A stretch of 64,000 nt of DNA, taken from NCBI GenBank assembly GCA_903846015.1, contig CAIMZS010000460.1:40-64039 (forward strand), read 5' to 3'. The translations under genes and the position numbers were made by a program. Each line of letters opens with the position of its first letter. Position 1 is the stretch's first letter. Shown here piece after piece: positions 58,869-64,000 of this stretch. This stretch comes from an uncultured Anaerolineae bacterium (GTDB lineage Bacteria; Chloroflexota; Anaerolineae; Anaerolineales; Villigracilaceae). Under the pieces are notes generated by a model. That model was not told where the DNA came from and did no database searches. It worked only from the letters and a program-made list of their open reading frames with translations.

Positions 58869-59783
58869 ATGAAAATACATGTAAAAGTACCTGCCACCAC
58901 CGCCAACCTTGGCCCCGGCTTTGATGCCCTCGGGCTGGCGCTCGATCTGTGGAACGAGGCCGAATTTATCGCCACCGATGACAGGCAAATCTCCCTGACC
59001 ATCGCGGGGGAAGGCGAAGGCAAACTGCCCACAGATGCCAATAACTCCATTGTTGATGCAGCCCTGCAGATATATGACCTGGCCAGGAAACCCTGCACCG
59101 GCATTCGTATCCACTGTATCAACCGCGTGCCGCTCAGCTCCGGATTGGGATCAAGTTCCGCGGCCATGTTAACCGGGCTGCTGGGGGCCAACGGTTTACT
59201 GGGCAATCCCTTCAGCGATGAAGAAATCCTCAAGCTGGCAATCGAAAATGAAGGCCATCCTGATAACGTTGCCCCCGCCATGCTGGGCGGGCTGGTGGCT
59301 TCGATCGTGTATGAGGGCCGTGTCATCTCGCTGAAGCTGCCCACCCGCGCCAACCGCTCACCCATGCATGTCACCATCGTCCTGCCTGATTTTGACTTCC
59401 CCACCAAACAGGCGCGCGCGATCCTGCCCAAACAGGTTGATCGCAAGGATGCCATCTACAACATCAGCCGCGCGGTACTGGTCACCGAGGCACTGCGCAC
59501 AGGCGATCTGGATCTGCTCGGCAAAGCCATGACGGATGCCCTGCACCAGCCTTTCCGCCTCCCGCTTATCCCAGGCGCACAGACTGCCATGGATGCCGGG
59601 CGGCATGCCGGGGCTGCCGCGGTGGCCCTCTCCGGCGCCGGCCCCAGCCTGATCGCATTCTCATCAAAAGAAGATCCGGCCATCGGTACAGCCATGAAGC
59701 GCAGCTTTGAATCCGCTGGTCTCAGCGCACGCATCTTCGAACTCGGCACGAGCTACGAAGGCGCGGAAGTCCTGATCGTATAG
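58869..59783 (+). CDS. thrB: Homoserine kinase
   Basis: The GHMP motifs VPATTANLGPGFDALG and PLSSGLGSSSAA. Confidence 0.95.
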   Translation: MKIHVKVPATTANLGPGFDALGLALDLWNEAEFIATDDRQISLTIAGEGEGKLPTDANNSIVDAALQIYDLARKPCTGIRIHCINRVPLSSGLGSSSAAMLTGLLGANGLLGNPFSDEEILKLAIENEGHPDNVAPAMLGGLVASIVYEGRVISLKLPTRANRSPMHVTIVLPDFDFPTKQARAILPKQVDRKDAIYNISRAVLVTEALRTGDLDLLGKAMTDALHQPFRLPLIPGAQTAMDAGRHAGAAAVALSGAGPSLIAFSSKEDPAIGTAMKRSFESAGLSARIFELGTSYEGAEVLIV

Positions 59784-59792
59784 TTGATAAAA

Positions 59793-61511
59793 ATGGAAAC
59801 CCTTTCCTCAAACATTGACAGCCGCTCTGTAGATTTTCTGGCCAATTCTGAATATCAGCGCGCGTTAGCGGCCAACCTGCGTGAACGCATCGAACTTGTT
59901 CGCCAGGGCGGCGGCGAGAAATACCGCCAGCGCCACGAGCAGCAAGGCAAACTTTTCGTCCGCGAACGTATTGAATGCCTGTTGGATCCGGGGTCGCCCT
60001 TCCTCGAGCTGTCTGCGCTGGCTGCATGGGATATGTACGGCGAGACTGCCACGTCGCTGGGGAACGCTCGCAATGACAAGAGTGAAAACGCCGCCCCAGC
60101 CGCAGGCATCGTCACCGGCATCGGACGCATTTGCGGGCATGAAGTAATGATCGTTGCTAACGATGCCACCGTCAAAGGTGGCACATACTTCCCCATGACG
60201 GTAAAAAAGCACCTGCGCGCCCAGCAAATCGCCGAAGAAAACCACCTGCCCTGCCTGTACCTGGTTGATTCAGGCGGGGCGTTTTTACCTATGCAGGATG
60301 AAGTCTTCCCGGACGCGAACCATTTCGGGCATATTTTTTATAATCAAGCCCGTATGAGCGCCAAAGCCATCCCGCAAATCGCCGCGGTCATGGGCAGTTG
60401 CACCGCTGGCGGCGCCTACGTCCCCGCCATGAGCGACGAGGCCATCATCGTCCAGGGCACAGGCACCATCTTCCTGGGCGGCCCGCCGCTGGTCAAAGCG
60501 GCGACCGGCGAGGATATTTCTGCCGAGGAACTTGGCGGTGCCGATGTGCATACCCGCAAAAGCGGCGTTGCCGACCATTACGCTGAAGATGATGAACACG
60601 CCATCTCACTGCTTCGCGATATCGTCGAAACTTTGCCAACCGCCAGATCTCGCCACGGGATTGCCACGTCGCTGGGGAACGCTCCTCGCAATGACAGGAG
60701 AGAGTCTTACCTGGCAGCGCTTGATGTAATCCCTCCGGAAGAACCGCTCTTTCCCGCCGAAGACTTATACGGCATCCTGCCACGCAGCTTCCGCGAGTCA
60801 TACGATGTGCGCGAGGTGATTGCCCGCCTGGTCGATGGCAGCAAATTCCGCGAATTCAAAGCGCGCTACGGTACAACACTTGTAACCGGTTTTGCCCGTA
60901 TTCACGGCTATCCTGTAGGCATTATCGCCAACAATGGCGTTCTTTTTAGCGAATCAGCTCTGAAAGCCGCTCATTTCATCGAGTTGTGCGATCAACGCGG
61001 TACACCACTTTTGTTTCTACAAAACATTACCGGCTTCATGGTCGGACGCGAAGCAGAGTCGGGTGGGATTGCACGCGATGGGGCCAAGATGGTACATGCC
61101 GTTGCCAACACCCGCGTACCCAAACTAACCGTGGTGATCGGGGGATCCTTTGGCGCCGGCAACTACGCCATGGCCGGGCGCGGCTATTCACCTCGCTTCC
61201 TGTGGATGTGGCCCAATGCGCGCATCTCCGTCATGGGCGGCGAGCAAGCCGCCAATGTACTCCTGACCATCAAGCAAGACCAGCTTGCCCGTGAAGGTAA
61301 GGCGGCGCTTAGCCCAGAACAGGCGGCTGAGTTTAAACGCCCCACTCTCGAAAAATATGAACACGAAGGCAACCCGTATTACTCCACCGCCCGGCTGTGG
61401 GATGATGGCGTGATCGACCCGCTCGACACCCGTAAGATACTTGGGTTGGCGCTCTCGGTGGTGCTCAATGGGCCGGTGGAAGACAATCATTTTGGTGTCT
61501 TCAGGATGTAA
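59793..61511 (+). CDS. Methylcrotonoyl-CoA carboxylase beta (carboxyltransferase) subunit, with two repeat-derived in-frame inserts
   Basis: Long stretches match recalled MCCC2/LiuB sequence ([61 protein letters not shown]). The ATG at 59793 is preferred over the TTG at 59784. Confidence 0.9.
   Translation: METLSSNIDSRSVDFLANSEYQRALAANLRERIELVRQGGGEKYRQRHEQQGKLFVRERIECLLDPGSPFLELSALAAWDMYGETATSLGNARNDKSENAAPAAGIVTGIGRICGHEVMIVANDATVKGGTYFPMTVKKHLRAQQIAEENHLPCLYLVDSGGAFLPMQDEVFPDANHFGHIFYNQARMSAKAIPQIAAVMGSCTAGGAYVPAMSDEAIIVQGTGTIFLGGPPLVKAATGEDISAEELGGADVHTRKSGVADHYAEDDEHAISLLRDIVETLPTARSRHGIATSLGNAPRNDRRESYLAALDVIPPEEPLFPAEDLYGILPRSFRESYDVREVIARLVDGSKFREFKARYGTTLVTGFARIHGYPVGIIANNGVLFSESALKAAHFIELCDQRGTPLLFLQNITGFMVGREAESGGIARDGAKMVHAVANTRVPKLTVVIGGSFGAGNYAMAGRGYSPRFLWMWPNARISVMGGEQAANVLLTIKQDQLAREGKAALSPEQAAEFKRPTLEKYEHEGNPYYSTARLWDDGVIDPLDTRKILGLALSVVLNGPVEDNHFGVFRM
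60045..60082 (+). repeat. Family B repeat inserted in-frame in the carboxyltransferase CDS (copy 1)
   Basis: actgccacgtcgctggggaacgctcgcaatgacaagag encodes [13 protein letters not shown]. Confidence 0.7.
60659..60700 (+). repeat. Family B repeat inserted in-frame in the carboxyltransferase CDS (copy 2)
   Basis: gattgccacgtcgctggggaacgctcctcgcaatgacaggag encodes [13 protein letters not shown]. It differs from copy 1 by about 2 substitutions and one 3-nt indel. Confidence 0.7.
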
Positions 61512-61530
61512 CCCTGCGCCCTTTTCACCG

Positions 61531-61662
61531 CGTGTCTGAACCACCTCGTGCGGTGTCTGAACCGCAGATTTACGCAGATTTCGATGATTACGCAGATTAG
61601 AGCAAGAGCGAGTGTCTGAACCGTTGCGTGTCTCGTGGCCGTGCTAGAACCGGCACTATCGC
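61531..61662. repeat. Mosaic of short repeat modules between the carboxyltransferase and the SDR gene
   Basis: The modules run in this order: GTGTCTGAACC x3; CGCAGATTTA x2; GATGATTACGCAGATTAGAGCAAGAGCGAG; and CGTGGCCGTGCTAGAACCGGCACTATCGC. The module order matches 58632-58815. Confidence 0.8.
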
Positions 61663-61673
61663 TGGAGTAATTC

Positions 61674-62720
61674 ATGAACATCCTCATCATCGGTGGAACT
61701 CGCTTTCTTGGTCGTCACCTTGTCGATGCCGCGCTCTCAAACGGGCATACCATCACTCTTTTTAATCGCGGTAAAACAGGTCCAGAACTTTTTCCACAGA
61801 TCGAAACGATTAACGGCGACCGCGAAACGGATCTGAACAGGCTGGCCGGCCGTCAATGGGAGGCGGTCATCGATACCTGCGGGTATTTTCCGCGCATTGT
61901 TAACCTCTCTGCTCAGGCGCTCAAAGATTCAGCCGGAATGTTTGTTTTTATTTCCAGCTTTTCAGTTTATGCAGATTTTTCCAGGATCGGTATCAACGAA
62001 AGCGACCCGACCGGCGGACTGACCGATGAAGGCATCGAAGAAATCACGGGCGAGAGTTACGGCCCCCTGAAAGCGCTGTGCGAACAATTTATTTCGCAAA
62101 AATTCCCGGAACGGGCCCTGATCATCCGCCCTGGACTGATAGTAGGCCCCCATGATCCCACCGACCGCTTTACTTATTGGCCCGCGCGCGTTGCAGCAGG
62201 CGGCGATGTGCTTGCCCCGGAAGACCCGCAGGTCCCTGTCCAAATCATCGATGTGCGTGACCTGGCCGGGTTTATCATCCATCTGATCGAACAGAAATCA
62301 ACCGGCCATGGCCCTGCTAGAACGGGCAATATCGCTAGAACCGGCACTATCGGCGTTTATAACGCCACCGGTCCTGCCGTTGAGCTAAGTTTCGGGGCCA
62401 TGCTTGAAACCTGCAAACAAGTCAGCGGCTCGGATGCGAATTTCAAGTGGGCATCCGTTGAGTTTCTGTCTGAAAACAAGGTTGCTCCATGGAGCGACCT
62501 GCCTGTCTGGGTACCAAATACACCCGCCGATGCTGGATTTTCCCGCGTCGATATTTCCAAAGCGCTCAGCGCTGGTCTGACCTTCCGCACTCTCTCCGAG
62601 ACAGTGCGCGATACGCTGGCCTGGGCATCCACCCGCCCAATTGACTACAAATGGCTGGCGGGCCTGGATACCGATCGCGAAATCGAACTGCACAGCCTCA
62701 TGAGGGAGACACGGCGATAA
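61674..62720 (+). CDS. NAD-dependent epimerase/dehydratase (SDR family) with a repeat-derived in-frame insert
   Basis: MNILIIGGTRFLGRHL Rossmann start, YGPLK catalytic Y-x3-K context. Confidence 0.8.
   Translation: MNILIIGGTRFLGRHLVDAALSNGHTITLFNRGKTGPELFPQIETINGDRETDLNRLAGRQWEAVIDTCGYFPRIVNLSAQALKDSAGMFVFISSFSVYADFSRIGINESDPTGGLTDEGIEEITGESYGPLKALCEQFISQKFPERALIIRPGLIVGPHDPTDRFTYWPARVAAGGDVLAPEDPQVPVQIIDVRDLAGFIIHLIEQKSTGHGPARTGNIARTGTIGVYNATGPAVELSFGAMLETCKQVSGSDANFKWASVEFLSENKVAPWSDLPVWVPNTPADAGFSRVDISKALSAGLTFRTLSETVRDTLAWASTRPIDYKWLAGLDTDREIELHSLMRETRR
62310..62354 (+). repeat. Family A repeat (1.5 units) inside the SDR CDS, in frame
   Basis: ggccctgctagaacgggcaatatcgctagaaccggcactatcggc encodes GPARTGNIARTGTIG. 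Confidence 0.75.
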
Positions 62721-62769
62721 ATCGCCGTGCTATCATGTACGGGATTGGAAATAACAAGGGATCAACCAA

Positions 62770-64000
62770 ATGGCAAATGCCCCGCTATTTACAAAGATTC
62801 TGATCGCCAATCGCGCCGAGATCGCTGTGCGCGTTATGACTGCCTGCCAGGAACTCGGTATCCAGACTGTCGCTGTCTATTCGGAGGCGGATGCTGACGC
62901 CTTGCATGTGCGCATGGCAGACCAGAGAGTGCTGCTAGGCGCGTCTTCGCCCAAAGAATCCTATCTCAACATTGAAAAGATCATTTCAGCAGCCCAGCAA
63001 ACCGGCGCGCAAGCCATCCATCCCGGTTATGGTTTTCTCTCTGAGAATGCCAGTTTTGCCGAGGCTGTCACCAAAGCCGGACTGACCTTTATCGGCCCAT
63101 CCGCCCATGCCATTCGCGCAATGGGTGACAAAGAACAGTCCAAGATTAGTATGAAAGCCGCCGGGGTTCCCACCATTCCAGGCCATGAGGGTCTGATCCA
63201 AACCGCGGAATTCCTTTCTGCCGCAGACAACATCGGCTATCCCGTTCTGGTCAAGGCCGCGGCTGGGGGCGGCGGCAAGGGTATGCGCATCGTGCATTCC
63301 GGGGCAGGAATGGGTGAGGCGCTCGAATCAGCCCGCCGGGAATCGCTCAACTCCTTTGGCGATGACAGGCTGCTAGTTGAAAAATATATAGAACACGCCC
63401 ACCACATCGAATTTCAGGTTTTTGGCGACTCCTTCGGGCATATGGTTCACCTATTTGAGCGCGAATGTTCAGTGCAGCGCCGTCACCAGAAGATCATCGA
63501 AGAGACGCCATCGCCACTGCTGGATTTTGATTTGCGCAACCAGATGGGCGCCGCCGCAGTGGCAGCCGCCCAGGCCGTCGGCTATACCAATGCCGGAACT
63601 GTAGAGTTTATCGTCGATCCTGCCACACGCGCTTTTTATTTCCTTGAAATGAACACCCGCCTGCAGGTCGAACACCCCATCACTGAAATGGTGGTGGGAT
63701 TGGACCTTGTGCAGTGGCAGCTGCGTGTAGCTGGCGGGGAACCTTTCCCATTTGCCCAGGCCAGTCTGACCCAACGCGGGCACGCCATAGAATGCCGCCT
63801 GTACGCCGAGGATCCCGCCAATGGATTCATCCCCGCCACCGGGAAGATGCTGCGCGTGACGGATAGCATTCAGCCGCGCGGGCCAGGTATCCGTTTCGAT
63901 ACTGGCGTCATCACCGGCAGCCAGGTCAGCCACTTTTATGACCCTCTGCTCGCCAAGCTGATTGTACATGCCGAAGACCGCCCCGATGCGCTGCGGCGTA
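62770..64000 (+). CDS. Acyl-CoA carboxylase alpha subunit, biotin carboxylase domain (probably methylcrotonoyl-CoA carboxylase alpha), 3'-truncated by the window edge
   Basis: This ORF is absent from the supplied track because it has no stop in the window. My translation from ATG 62770 gives MANAPLFTKILIANRAEIAVRVMTACQELGIQTVAVYSEADADALHV...HPGYGFLSEN...YPVLVKAAAGGGGKGMRIV, which is a classic biotin carboxylase. Confidence 0.9.
   Translation, partial: MANAPLFTKILIANRAEIAVRVMTACQELGIQTVAVYSEADADALHVRMADQRVLLGASSPKESYLNIEKIISAAQQTGAQAIHPGYGFLSENASFAEAVTKAGLTFIGPSAHAIRAMGDKEQSKISMKAAGVPTIPGHEGLIQTAEFLSAADNIGYPVLVKAAAGGGGKGMRIVHSGAGMGEALESARRESLNSFGDDRLLVEKYIEHAHHIEFQVFGDSFGHMVHLFERECSVQRRHQKIIEETPSPLLDFDLRNQMGAAAVAAAQAVGYTNAGTVEFIVDPATRAFYFLEMNTRLQVEHPITEMVVGLDLVQWQLRVAGGEPFPFAQASLTQRGHAIECRLYAEDPANGFIPATGKMLRVTDSIQPRGPGIRFDTGVITGSQVSHFYDPLLAKLIVHAEDRPDALRR

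Overview
The window looks like a 64-kb chromosomal segment from a moderate-GC bacterium. The protein repertoire (PolX, MutS2, NurA/HerA, fused ThyX, Pro/Thr-rich YkuD transpeptidase, many family-5 peptide ABC components) suggests a Chloroflexota/Anaerolineae-like organism, but that is inference only. It is densely coding, with about 56 CDS and one tRNA-Gln(UUG). I saw no rRNA, no CRISPR array, and no transposase, integrase or phage genes.

Most content is housekeeping or metabolic:
- era, polX, mutS2, glmU and cdd.
- folP and folK, plus a fused thyX.
- thrC and thrB.
- A methylcrotonyl-CoA carboxylase beta/alpha pair.
- An Opp-like peptide ABC locus with two binding proteins and a second, orphan ATPase pair.
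- mscL, a GH13 glucosidase, and a sensor kinase with a GAF response regulator.

The signals that stand out:
1. A three-gene module (5271-8946) encodes a NurA-like nuclease, a small unassigned protein that resembles a free-standing HAS-barrel, and a HerA-like ATPase. This is my best candidate for an undescribed system.
2. Short hairpin-forming repeat families are dense in the last ~13 kb. They form mosaics in intergenic regions and appear to be inserted in-frame in two enzyme genes: twice in the carboxyltransferase and once in an SDR epimerase.
3. A 545-aa protein looks like a methyltransferase with both key motifs degenerate.
4. An unrelated 140-aa gene sits where folB normally lies between folP and folK.

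All calls come from reading the supplied translations and DNA by eye. No database search was run.
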